Shown piece by piece: positions 16,293-25,385 of a stretch of 64,000 bases of DNA. A program made the position numbers and the translations under genes. This DNA comes from Candidatus Acidiferrales bacterium (GTDB lineage Bacteria; Patescibacteriota; Microgenomatia; Levybacterales; UBA12049). How positions within the stretch are numbered: the first letter of the stretch is position 1; each line of letters opens with the position of its first letter. The notes below the pieces were generated by a model. That model worked only from the letters and a program-made list of their open reading frames with translations, had not been told where the DNA came from and did no database searches. The stretch covers positions 9,622-73,621 of the forward strand of contig DATLSZ010000002.1 in the NCBI GenBank assembly GCA_035533875.1, given 5' to 3'.

Positions 16293-18305
16293 ATGAATGT
16301 ACCTTTTTTAAAAAAACCAGAAGCTGCAGCGGGTCAACCGCAAAATCCGGCGCAGCCAGCAACAGGAAAAGCGAAAGCACCGGCAAAAACAAAAGTTACA
16401 AAAGCGCCTCCGCAAAAACAAACGAGTCCCTTGCATACATTTGAGAAAGGGCTGACATCTGTAGTCGATCTTATAGCGCCATCTTCAGTTGAAGTTGATT
16501 TCCGTTATATCCGCATCGGTGATTCATTCTATACAACATTATTTATCGCCGGCTATCCGCGGTATGTTTCTCCCGGATGGCTTGAAGGAATCATTGACTA
16601 CGATCATACCCTTGATATCAGTATGTTCTGCTACCCTACTTCTTCTACCGACGTCTTGTCAGACCTAAAACGGAAAATCGGAGAAATGCAGGCAACACTT
16701 TCTTCTGACGCCGAACAAGGAAAAGTGGCAGATCCCACCGTCGAAGCAGCACTGGAAGACGCACTCGGGCTCCAGGAAGAACTAGCAAAGGGAGTTGAAC
16801 GCTTCTTCCAATTCGGCTTTTATATCACTATTTCGGATCCTGACCTTATCAAACTGCAAGATGCAGTTAAGAATCTACAAACCTCGCTTGGCTCTCTATT
16901 ACTGACAGGGAAACCGGCAACACTCCAAATGGAAGAAGGTTTTAAATCATCACTGCCGATGGGACAAGACCGTCTCTATATTACTCGTAACATGGATACG
17001 ACATCACTTGCGTCAACGTTTCCATTCACCTCAGCGGTGCTTACACAAAACAAAGGCGTCATGTATGGAGTAAATCAACAGAACGGGTCTCTTATCATCT
17101 TTGATAGATTTTCTTTAGAGAACGCTAATGAAGTTGTCTTAGGAAAATCCGGGGCCGGAAAATCATATACTATTAAACTCGAAATCATGCGGCAGTTCAT
17201 GCTTGGAGCTGAAGTTATTGTCATTGATCCTGAGGGTGAATACGAAACACTTACTCCTGCACTCGGCGGCGAAGTTGTTGAATTCTCTTCCAGTTCCGCG
17301 ATAAAAATTAATCCGTTCGACCTTTCCGATGTGTATGAAGAAGGTGAAAATGAACTTGGCTTGAAGATCCTTTCATTGCACGGGTTACTGAAAATTATTA
17401 CCGGCGACCTCGACGCCGAGCACGATGCCATCCTTGATCGTGCGCTGATTGAGACGTACCGTTCAAAAGGGATAACGACTGATCCTGCAACGCAGAAAAA
17501 GCAACCACCCCTTATGGAAGACTTATATAAAACGCTTCTCGGTATGGAAAATCAGCCGGCCCGTGAACTTGCCTATACACTGGAAAAATTTATTAAAGGG
17601 AGTGCCTCTGGTATTTTCAATCAGCAGTCAAATTTTGAGATCAATAATCCCCTAACGGTATTCTCTATACGCAACTTGGAAGAGGCACTTCGTCCAGTTG
17701 CAATGCATATCATTCTTGATTTCGTCTGGACAAAAGTAAAAAGGTCTTTGAAGAAAAGAATCCTTATCCTTGATGAGGGCTGGTACATGATGAAATATCA
17801 AGATTCCGCATCGTTTGTCTATTCAATTGCCAAACGCGCACGGAAATACTTTCTCGGTATGACAACTGCAACACAAGATGTAGAAGACTTTCTTAAAAAT
17901 GAGTACGGCAAAGCTGTGCTTACCAATTCTTCGATTCAAGTGCTGTTAAAACAAGGCACTGCAGAAGTCGATATGATAACCGATACCTTCTATCTTTCCG
18001 AAGGCGAAAAAGCGCTACTTTTATCTGCAGATGTTGGAGAAGGGTTATTCTTTGCCGGACAAAACCACGTCGCGATGAAAGTGTTTGCCGCACCCTTTGA
18101 ACATGAACTCATTACTTCCAACCCCATGGAATTATTGAAAAAGCAGCAGGAGCAGGAACGAAACGCCCAGGTAGACGCTGCAACGACCGGAGAGCCGCAG
18201 ACCGCCATCCCAATGGCGACACCAACAGTTGCCGTTCCTAATCAAAACCCTACTGCAGATGTACCTGCTTCTCCACCGTCGCCAACGACACCAAGTTCGC
18301 AATAG
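16293..18305 (+). CDS. virB4: VirB4/TrbE/CagE-family T4SS ATPase
   Basis: Walker A VVLGKSGAGKSYT. Walker B KRILILDEGWYMM. Typical N-terminal domain (VEVDFRYIRIGDSFYTTLFIAGYPRYV). SD GAGGAG upstream. Confidence 0.9.
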   Translation: MNVPFLKKPEAAAGQPQNPAQPATGKAKAPAKTKVTKAPPQKQTSPLHTFEKGLTSVVDLIAPSSVEVDFRYIRIGDSFYTTLFIAGYPRYVSPGWLEGIIDYDHTLDISMFCYPTSSTDVLSDLKRKIGEMQATLSSDAEQGKVADPTVEAALEDALGLQEELAKGVERFFQFGFYITISDPDLIKLQDAVKNLQTSLGSLLLTGKPATLQMEEGFKSSLPMGQDRLYITRNMDTTSLASTFPFTSAVLTQNKGVMYGVNQQNGSLIIFDRFSLENANEVVLGKSGAGKSYTIKLEIMRQFMLGAEVIVIDPEGEYETLTPALGGEVVEFSSSSAIKINPFDLSDVYEEGENELGLKILSLHGLLKIITGDLDAEHDAILDRALIETYRSKGITTDPATQKKQPPLMEDLYKTLLGMENQPARELAYTLEKFIKGSASGIFNQQSNFEINNPLTVFSIRNLEEALRPVAMHIILDFVWTKVKRSLKKRILILDEGWYMMKYQDSASFVYSIAKRARKYFLGMTTATQDVEDFLKNEYGKAVLTNSSIQVLLKQGTAEVDMITDTFYLSEGEKALLLSADVGEGLFFAGQNHVAMKVFAAPFEHELITSNPMELLKKQQEQERNAQVDAATTGEPQTAIPMATPTVAVPNQNPTADVPASPPSPTTPSSQ

Positions 18306-18350
18306 CAAGAAGCAGTATACCTCTTGCTTCAGTTTTGCTACTATTTAGAT

Positions 18351-19715
18351 ATGGCATCAATAAATTTAAAATCAGGACCAACAAAGACAGGGAGATCATC
18401 GGGAGTAAGACCAACAGGTCCAGGTGGATCCAGACGGCCCGGGGGACCAAGTAGACCCGGTGGAGGACCTGGAGGATCAACGAGACCACCAGGAGGATCC
18501 CAATCTTCTGGAGCAGCAGTAGGAAGAGGGGTAAAGGGTGGGTTAAATGCTACAAGAAATCTTGGTAAGGCTGCAACTCAAGGTTCCGCCGGTATGATGA
18601 ACCAAGCAAACCCGGGTAAGTTAGGTAAATTTGCCAGCGGTATAGGAAAAGCTCGGCAAGCTGGGAAAGACTACAGAAATAACATTAAGAACCAGGCAAA
18701 GGATCAGGCAAAAAAACAGGTTAAGAGAGTTGCCAAGCAGGCTGCAAGAAGCGCAGCGAAAAGTCTTGCAGCAGAAACTTTTGGATTAAGTGTGGTTGTA
18801 GTCGAAGCAATTATCCACTGGAAAATTATCATTTATATTATTGCCGGTATTATTCTTTTTATATTACTATTACTGTCTGGAGACGCCGCAGGTACTTCTG
18901 CAGGCTACCTTAACCAACTGGCTCAGCAACAACAAAATCAGACTAATCCTCTTCAAGTAACAATTACCTGTACACCTGCAGAAATTGCTGTTGGAAAAAC
19001 CTCTATCTGTACAATCAATGTCACCTATCCGGGTGGTGCAGATGACATTGCTGTTGTTGCGACAATTTATCCCAAAGCAGAATATGTGAAAGGATCAGCA
19101 AATCATAATGGGATTTATAATGCTACGAGTACAACAATTAGCTGGGATGCAAAGCAAGAAAAGCTTCCACTTATAAATCCTATTAATCTCACGTTTACGT
19201 TGACTGTTAAAAAAACGGTAGACGTACAGGGTGTCCCTATCACTGCCACTGCTAATGTGAGCGGCGGAACAGCGGGGACAGGAGGGAACGTAGCTGCAAA
19301 TAAGAGCACTTGTGGAGGAAAATACAAGCTCAATAGTCCCCTTGGCAATTTTGGCGATCCACAATGCAATTTCACGAAAGACCAATTACATGCATTAATT
19401 CAGCAAAAAGACCCAAAACACCTTAACGACTGGTATAAAATTATTATTCCCCTAGAAACAGGAGGGACCTTTAACCCAAATAGTTTTAATCCGAACTCAA
19501 CAAGTGCTAAAAGTAGTGGAACTCTTGGCGCTTTTGGTCTCTACCAAATGAATCAAGCAGGAAAAGGGAGCGGTCAATACGATAATGGTTCAGTCGTTTG
19601 GTCGCAACAAACTGATAATGCGATACAATATAATAATGCCCTTATACAAAAAGGCTGTGATTTCAGATATTGGTCAACAGCAATAAGTGCTGGTATTTCT
19701 AAGGGCTCTTGTTAA
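18351..19715 (+). CDS. bitopic T4SS-associated protein: Gly/Pro/Arg-rich cytoplasmic N-tail, TM helix, Ig-like (DUF11-like) domain and a C-terminal VirB1-like lytic transglycosylase (SLT-like) domain
   Basis: N-tail GRSSGVRPTGPGGSRRPGGPSRPGGGPGGSTRPPGG and a K/A-rich stretch. TM WKIIIYIIAGIILFILLLL. The SLT-like part has a catalytic-type Glu in IIPLETGG and AFGLYQMNQ. The start at 18351 follows from TACTAT plus a 6-nt gap. Confidence 0.6.
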   Translation: MASINLKSGPTKTGRSSGVRPTGPGGSRRPGGPSRPGGGPGGSTRPPGGSQSSGAAVGRGVKGGLNATRNLGKAATQGSAGMMNQANPGKLGKFASGIGKARQAGKDYRNNIKNQAKDQAKKQVKRVAKQAARSAAKSLAAETFGLSVVVVEAIIHWKIIIYIIAGIILFILLLLSGDAAGTSAGYLNQLAQQQQNQTNPLQVTITCTPAEIAVGKTSICTINVTYPGGADDIAVVATIYPKAEYVKGSANHNGIYNATSTTISWDAKQEKLPLINPINLTFTLTVKKTVDVQGVPITATANVSGGTAGTGGNVAANKSTCGGKYKLNSPLGNFGDPQCNFTKDQLHALIQQKDPKHLNDWYKIIIPLETGGTFNPNSFNPNSTSAKSSGTLGAFGLYQMNQAGKGSGQYDNGSVVWSQQTDNAIQYNNALIQKGCDFRYWSTAISAGISKGSC

Positions 19716-19718
19716 AAT

Positions 19719-20297
19719 ATGCTAAAACAACTACTTCACTATGTAAAAACAAAATCAAAGCATATGCAGTTTCAGGACTATGCAGCATTAGCTTTTGCTC
19801 TGGTTCTCTTGAGTATTATTGCTTTTATTATACTAGTAATTTTTCAGCCACATTCTCCTTCAACACAAATAGTTCCAAAACCAACCCCTGAATATTCAAC
19901 GTCTACCAATACAAGTACTCCTCGAGTTTTCTATAATCAAACTTCAATAACCAAAATATTAAATTCATCAAACAATCCTCCGACACTTACAAATAACGAT
20001 ACGCTTGCAAAAGCAAAAATTCTAACAAACTTACCGCAAGGACAACAAACAGGATTACTCTACCAAACAAATGATATTTCTATCAATTATATCCATGACG
20101 CAGATGAATTTTACGTAGTGATCTTTTCAAATAATATTAACGCAGCAAAAGCAGAAGCAGTAGTTTGGCTTGAGGCAAATGGCATGAGCCAGCAAGCAAT
20201 TTGTAATTATCCTATTATTTTTTATCCAAGCTCCTCTGTACAAACATACCTCCAGCAGACGCATATTGTTTTTAGTCTCTTAGCTCCTGGCTGCTAA
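19719..20297 (+). CDS. hypothetical bitopic membrane protein (candidate VirB8/PrgL-like component)
   Basis: Single N-terminal TM (YAALAFALVLLSIIAFIILVIF) and an exported ~140-aa domain. Its position inside the T4SS operon is the only functional evidence. Confidence 0.5.
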   Translation: MLKQLLHYVKTKSKHMQFQDYAALAFALVLLSIIAFIILVIFQPHSPSTQIVPKPTPEYSTSTNTSTPRVFYNQTSITKILNSSNNPPTLTNNDTLAKAKILTNLPQGQQTGLLYQTNDISINYIHDADEFYVVIFSNNINAAKAEAVVWLEANGMSQQAICNYPIIFYPSSSVQTYLQQTHIVFSLLAPGC

Positions 20298-20368
20298 ATA
20301 ATGTACTTCAGACATAACAATCATTCACTCTCTTGCTAAAGATATACTTTTTTGCTTATGATAGTAAT

Positions 20369-21703
20369 ATGAGAAAGAAAGTCCTTTTGAATATAACTAC
20401 TTTTTTTCTATATTTTTTAGTAGCGAGCTTCGTAACACTCTTCACAGCACTCCCCGCTCATGCAGCCACTATTTTACTAGATCCTGGGCATAGTTCTATA
20501 GTATCAAGTGTCTGTAATCCTTCTCTATCAAAAGGAGTCTACGATGATCCATATGGTATTTATGATGACGATTATCCAAATTGCCCAGAAATTAAGGAAG
20601 TTATGGACGTAGCTAATTGGTTAAATCAAAAGCTCACTGCTGATGGTTACCATGTTATTATGACAAAGACAGCATGGGACTCACCTACATTTGTTTCGTT
20701 ATGGGATAGAGCGCAACAAGCAAACACGAATAACGTTGATCTTGCTGTCAGCATCCATGATGATCATGGGCAACAATGGAGCAATTTTGCCCAAGTTTAC
20801 GACCAACGAACTAATGAATACCGTGTGAATAAAAACGGTAACAAAGTTACATTTGCTAAAGTTGCCGGTTCTGCTGCTGACTCTATAGCAAATAAAAGCC
20901 AACAGTATGCTCAAATTATGGCTAAAGAGCGATCGAAGACTGAAGGACATACCGTTTCACCTACCCAAGTAAACTTTGCTGGTCGTGCTCCACTAGCTGC
21001 TGGAAATATTACCCAGGTACAGCTTTATGCAAAAGTTCCGTGGGTCTACAATGAAGTTGGCGGTATTGGCATAGATTTAAATAAATATGAACAAGGTATT
21101 CTTAACGGCATTGAAAAAGCAGTTCTTCCATCAGGAGGAGGAAACGGCACTGGTAACTCAACAGCATGTTTTATCCTTAACCAGAATAATCTTCCGAAAG
21201 ACGCTTCACTTCCCGCGGGATGCGGGAGTGGCGGCGGGAATCAAAGCGTCGTTGCGCTGGGAGAAAAATATATTAACAATCCAAAATATTTATATATATG
21301 GGGAGGGCCATCAGGAGGCTACCAGACAACAAATCCAAATGGGTTTGATTGTTCCGGTTTTGCACAGTGGATATGGTATCATGGAACCAATAATAAAGTA
21401 GTATTAGCTAGAACGACATCAGATGCATGGGATAATGCTGCTAAGTATAAACTTCAAAAGTTCCTCCCCTCCCAAATTTCTCAGATTCAACCTGGTGATC
21501 TTTTATATTTTTACGGTGGAGAAGCGCCACCAGCACCCAGACCCGGACATGTCGGGGTTTATACGGGAGACAATAAATGCGGAGGCCCTAGGTGTTATAT
21601 GGAATTTGCCAATTCAGGACAAAAAGGAGATTATGCAAGCCTTAATACTAATGGTACTGGTGGTGCAAAATTTTATGGATTTCTCAGGCCTATGGTACAA
21701 TAA
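20369..21703 (+). CDS. secreted bifunctional cell-wall hydrolase: N-acetylmuramoyl-L-alanine amidase (Amidase_3-like) plus C-terminal NlpC/P60 endopeptidase
   Basis: Signal peptide ending ALPAHA. Amidase_3-like ILLDPGHS...DLAVSIHDDH. NlpC/P60 catalytic Cys in GFDCSGFAQWIWY and His in GHVGVYTG. TATGAT plus a 6-nt gap precedes the ATG at 20369. Confidence 0.75.
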   Translation: MRKKVLLNITTFFLYFLVASFVTLFTALPAHAATILLDPGHSSIVSSVCNPSLSKGVYDDPYGIYDDDYPNCPEIKEVMDVANWLNQKLTADGYHVIMTKTAWDSPTFVSLWDRAQQANTNNVDLAVSIHDDHGQQWSNFAQVYDQRTNEYRVNKNGNKVTFAKVAGSAADSIANKSQQYAQIMAKERSKTEGHTVSPTQVNFAGRAPLAAGNITQVQLYAKVPWVYNEVGGIGIDLNKYEQGILNGIEKAVLPSGGGNGTGNSTACFILNQNNLPKDASLPAGCGSGGGNQSVVALGEKYINNPKYLYIWGGPSGGYQTTNPNGFDCSGFAQWIWYHGTNNKVVLARTTSDAWDNAAKYKLQKFLPSQISQIQPGDLLYFYGGEAPPAPRPGHVGVYTGDNKCGGPRCYMEFANSGQKGDYASLNTNGTGGAKFYGFLRPMVQ

Positions 21704-21707
21704 AATT

Positions 21708-22310
21708 ATGAAAGATAAACTACTAATACAACTAAATAAATATATAGAATATATAAAAAATAATAAATACAATGCTTATTTCATTGGGGCAATAACTATT
21801 CTACTCATTCTGATTATTTCAATGATAACAATTATTGCATCCAGTAATTCATCAAAAAAAACATCTACTGTTCCATCAATATCTCCTGCACAAGGAATTT
21901 CACAATACCCGTCAACCGATTTTGTATCGCCATCAATTTCACAAATATCACCTTCTGATTCATCTATTCCTATTACGACTCCTAATCCAACTGAGGCTGC
22001 AGTAATTGAAAACCAGACAAAGCAACAAATTGCTCCTAATGTTGCTGTACCTTACACCGTCTCAGGTATTACAAAATATGGAGATAACTGGGCAAATATG
22101 TCTATTACAAACCAAGATGTTGGAAGCGCAGGAGTAATAGTAAAAAAGGTGAATGGCGAATGGAAAGTTGTAATGGGTCCAGGTTCATTTTTCTCAGCAG
22201 ATCAACTTCAATCTATAGGAGCACCGCAGGCACTTATCAATAATGACACTAGTTCCCCTTCACCAAGTGAATTACCATCACCATCCTCAGTATCTAACGA
22301 TATTCAGTAG
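21708..22310 (+). CDS. hypothetical bitopic membrane protein with a Ser/Pro-rich linker (second candidate VirB8-like or accessory component)
   Basis: TM FIGAITILLILIISMITIIA, then an S/P-rich linker and a ~90-aa exported domain. TACAAT plus a 6-nt gap precedes the ATG at 21708. The longer track ORF (21423) overlaps the previous gene. Confidence 0.55.
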   Translation: MKDKLLIQLNKYIEYIKNNKYNAYFIGAITILLILIISMITIIASSNSSKKTSTVPSISPAQGISQYPSTDFVSPSISQISPSDSSIPITTPNPTEAAVIENQTKQQIAPNVAVPYTVSGITKYGDNWANMSITNQDVGSAGVIVKKVNGEWKVVMGPGSFFSADQLQSIGAPQALINNDTSSPSPSELPSPSSVSNDIQ

Positions 22311-22325
22311 TTTTTTTATTTTCTA

Positions 22326-23432
22326 TTACCCTTGCACCCTAATCGGCATGATGAGATGAAGAAATGACTCGTCATTTTGTACTTTAAAAACACCCGGATT
22401 CAATGGACCAATCATATCAAAAACCATTTCTTTTTCCTCGACATTTCCAAGCACATCAAGCAGATATTTTGCATTAAAGGCAATTTCATTTTCTTCACCG
22501 CTTAATGTTGCGTCAACCTCAACGGAATTTTCTCCAATCGAAGATGATCCAGATGAAACAGTTATATGATCTTTTACCAAAGACAGCTTGATGATATTTG
22601 CAGAGTCCCTCGCAAATACCGAGCATATCTTAACTGCTTTCAACAATTCTTCTCTATCAAAAGAAACACTGACTGAAAAGTCGGAAGGAATAATCTTCTC
22701 AAAATTAGGAAATTCGGCTTCTATAAGTCTCCCGATCAACACCGTATCTCCTTGTTCAAAGATTACTTGATTGTGTTCTGTTGCAATATACATACTGATA
22801 TCCGCATTTTCATCTTTCATCGCCAATAGCTCTCTAAAGACTCGTGCGGGAACAATAAATGATGTATCTTCTGTCTTACTCTCAGTTACCTTATAATGAC
22901 GCAATGATAACCGGTAACCGTCTGTGGCAACCAGGAGAAACCCTTGCGCTTCTTTACGGACCAAGACGCCCGACAAAGCAGGCCTGGTAGTATCCTGACT
23001 TGCTGAGAAGGCGACGGACGCAAGTTCCTTCTTAATATTTTTTCCAGAAAGGACAGCAAGCTTTTCTCCTTTCACTTCATACAGCCTAGGAAATTCATCA
23101 CTGCTGACTGTTTGGAAAACACTTTTTGTCCGCTTCGTTGATACTTCAAGCTTGCTGTCATTTGTTTGTATTGTAATGGAATCGTCTGTTAGTGAATTTA
23201 TGAGTTCGGTAAACAATCTTGCAGGAACTGTTGTTTTTCCTGGCTCAAGGATTTTTGCAGGACACGTTACTTCTATTCCTATTTCCAAATCAGTAGAACT
23301 AAGTTTAATTGCGTTTTCTTGCGTTTCAATCAAAATATTCAACAATACCGGTAATTGATTTTTTGTTGATATGGCTCTGTTGAGAAAAGAAAGTTTTTGT
23401 TGGAGATTTGGCGTTAGTAAGTTAAGCTTCAT
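22326..23432 (-). CDS. dnaN: DNA polymerase III beta sliding clamp
   Basis: 368 aa with a typical DnaN N-terminus (MKLNLLTPNLQQKLSFLNRAISTKNQLPVLLNILIE), a three-domain length, and position directly downstream of dnaA. Confidence 0.93.
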   Translation of the reverse strand: MKLNLLTPNLQQKLSFLNRAISTKNQLPVLLNILIETQENAIKLSSTDLEIGIEVTCPAKILEPGKTTVPARLFTELINSLTDDSITIQTNDSKLEVSTKRTKSVFQTVSSDEFPRLYEVKGEKLAVLSGKNIKKELASVAFSASQDTTRPALSGVLVRKEAQGFLLVATDGYRLSLRHYKVTESKTEDTSFIVPARVFRELLAMKDENADISMYIATEHNQVIFEQGDTVLIGRLIEAEFPNFEKIIPSDFSVSVSFDREELLKAVKICSVFARDSANIIKLSLVKDHITVSSGSSSIGENSVEVDATLSGEENEIAFNAKYLLDVLGNVEEKEMVFDMIGPLNPGVFKVQNDESFLHLIMPIRVQG

Positions 23433-23739
23433 ATATCTATTTGTAGTTGTTGTAGTGTATATGGAAATGTGGAAAAATGCAACTACGAAGAAGCTTATAA
23501 AGTAAATAAATAAAGGTAGAAAAACTAAGAAACTGGAACACTTAAGAGTTCAGTTAGTCTGATTTTCGGACCTCAAAATACTAAAAACGTTCATATAAGC
23601 TAGATTAAATGGACGTTACGAAAGTGGTTTATAGTAGTCAATTAAATATACTATAGAGAGCCTACACTCTTGTGGAAAACCTGTGGATTATTTTGGGGAA
23701 TAGTTGTGTATAACTAAATTAACGAAAGTAATCCCCTTG
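23433..23739. other. candidate oriC: AT-rich dnaA-dnaN spacer with DnaA-box-like 9-mers
   Basis: TGTGGAAAA at 23468-23476 and 23671-23679. TGTGGATTA at 23682-23690. TGTGTATAA at 23705-23713. Each has one mismatch to TGTGGATAA. A very AT-rich stretch lies at ~23490-23660. Confidence 0.6.
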
Positions 23740-25089
23740 TTATCCCCTCAGATATTTTGTTATTCCCAAGATATCCTCAGTGACTTGTTCCTTCTTATCC
23801 ACAAGATCCGTTATTTTATCCACACCATGCATTATCGTAGTGTGGTCACGTCCGCCTAGGAGGTTACCAATCTCAACCAACGTTACACCAAGTTCTTTAT
23901 GAATGAGATACATGGCAACTTGCCGTGCCCTCACCAGAGAAGCAGTGCGTTTTGGTCCTTTTAACTGAGTCGTCTTCACTTTGTAATAAGAACAGACATA
24001 TTCGATAATATCATCTGCATGGAGGTGCCGTCTTTTTTCTTCTATCATAGTTCCCAATGCTTGCTCTGCGAGTTCAAGGGTAATGAGACTGCCCTGTGTT
24101 GTTGCCTGTGTGATGACCCGCAGCAAGAGACCTTCAAGGCTTCGGGTATCCTCCGCTTTTTCAGCAAGCAAGCTTGTGACCTCTGGTGAAATATCAAACC
24201 CGTATTTTTTTGCTTTGATTCCCACGATTGCTGCTTTTAACTCAAAATCGGGTGCAGAGATATCAACCGTCAGTCCTCCGGCAAACCGAGAAGAGAGGCG
24301 TGCCTCTAGTTTTTTAATCTCTTGTGGTGGTCGGTCAGATGTGAGGCAGATCTGTGATCCGTTATCGATAAGGATATTGAATGTATGAAAAAGTTCCTCC
24401 TGTGTTGCCTCCTTACCTTCGATAAATTGAATATCGTCAATCAGAAGCAGTTTGGCGGAACGGAAACGTTTTTTCATACGGGCTGTTTCGTGACTGCGGA
24501 TCGCATCAACAACTTCATTGGTAAATTCCTCACTAGTAATGTAGACTACCTTATTTATCGGATTCTGTTGATACACATCATTGGCAATTGCGTGCATAAG
24601 GTGGGTTTTCCCCACACCGACCGGTCCATAAAGAAAGAGCGGATTATATGATGTGCCGAGATTGGCTGCGACGGTTTGTGCGGAAACAAACCCAAGCTGA
24701 TTGCCGGCTGACACAGCAAAGTTTTGAAACGTGAAGTCAGGCCGGACTCTCGGCAGATGTCCGATGGTTGAGGGTTTTTGTTGCGTTTCTTCCTGCATAA
24801 AAAGTGGTGCGCTTTTATCCTCCCCTTTCTTTTGTGGCATTGCCTTTGGAATAAAGAGTAATGAGACATCTTTACCATAATGCGTTTCAAGGAAGGTTTG
24901 GATGTCCTTTGCAAAGCGTTTTTGTAAAAGGTCTATAACAATTGTTGAGGGAGCTGCGACAGTTGCAATATTTTCTTCAAGGGATAATAAGTGAGTGTTT
25001 TTAAAAAGAGTGTGGAAATTTGTAGGAGAAATTTTTTTCTGCATATCCTGCAATACTTTTTTCCATAGTGTATCAAGCTGATCATTCAT
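23740..25089 (-). CDS. dnaA: chromosomal replication initiator DnaA
   Basis: Walker A GPVGVGKTHL, Walker B LLLIDDIQF, and the C-terminal DNA-binding domain (RARQVAMYLIHKELGVTLVEIGNLLGGRDHTTIMHG). Confidence 0.97.
   Translation of the reverse strand: MNDQLDTLWKKVLQDMQKKISPTNFHTLFKNTHLLSLEENIATVAAPSTIVIDLLQKRFAKDIQTFLETHYGKDVSLLFIPKAMPQKKGEDKSAPLFMQEETQQKPSTIGHLPRVRPDFTFQNFAVSAGNQLGFVSAQTVAANLGTSYNPLFLYGPVGVGKTHLMHAIANDVYQQNPINKVVYITSEEFTNEVVDAIRSHETARMKKRFRSAKLLLIDDIQFIEGKEATQEELFHTFNILIDNGSQICLTSDRPPQEIKKLEARLSSRFAGGLTVDISAPDFELKAAIVGIKAKKYGFDISPEVTSLLAEKAEDTRSLEGLLLRVITQATTQGSLITLELAEQALGTMIEEKRRHLHADDIIEYVCSYYKVKTTQLKGPKRTASLVRARQVAMYLIHKELGVTLVEIGNLLGGRDHTTIMHGVDKITDLVDKKEQVTEDILGITKYLRG
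23795..23824. promoter_or_regulatory. two perfect DnaA boxes (TTATCCACA) inside the 3' end of the dnaA coding sequence
   Basis: TTATCCACA at 23795-23803 and 23816-23824. Confidence 0.6.
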
Positions 25090-25119
25090 AACATTTTTTA
25101 CCTGTAAGCAATTAAATAA

Positions 25120-25128
25120 TGTGGATAA
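25120..25128. promoter_or_regulatory. perfect DnaA box (TGTGGATAA) in the dnaA/rpmH divergent spacer
   Basis: Exact 9-mer, 31 nt upstream of the dnaA start codon. Confidence 0.6.
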
Positions 25129-25233
25129 CTTTTTGTCAAGGACTAATGTATCATGCGACAGTCCCTTTCCGCAAGTATATGTTTCAAAATTTGTTAATTG
25201 TTAATTCAGACGAATTTTGGTATACTTAGGTTT

Positions 25234-25374
25234 ATGGAACGATTAACAAAAGGGAAAAAAATAAAAAGGATCCGCAAACACGGGTTCTTGACACGCATGA
25301 AAACGAATGATGGAAAGAAAATGATAAAACGACGCCGTGATCAGAAACGAAAAGATCTTGCAGTTTCGTTATAA
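25234..25374 (+). CDS. rpmH: 50S ribosomal protein L34
   Basis: Not in the ORF track (46 aa). Sequence MERLTKGKKIKRIRKHGFLTRMKTNDGKKMIKRRRDQKRKDLAVSL. Canonical position upstream of rnpA. TATACT plus a 7-nt gap precedes the ATG. Confidence 0.88.
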   Translation: MERLTKGKKIKRIRKHGFLTRMKTNDGKKMIKRRRDQKRKDLAVSL

Positions 25375-25385
25375 ATACCTACTTC

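Noticed and set aside
21423-21707. upstream extension of ORF 21423..22310 overlapping the hydrolase gene
   Set aside because: The overlap with the NlpC/P60 domain coding region is in a different frame. TACAAT plus a 6-nt gap supports the ATG at 21708.
6026-22325. the T4SS-like region as a classical integrative conjugative element inserted at tRNA-Ser
   Set aside because: I could recognise no integrase, relaxase, coupling protein or flanking direct repeat. It was kept as a chromosomal T4SS-like locus instead.
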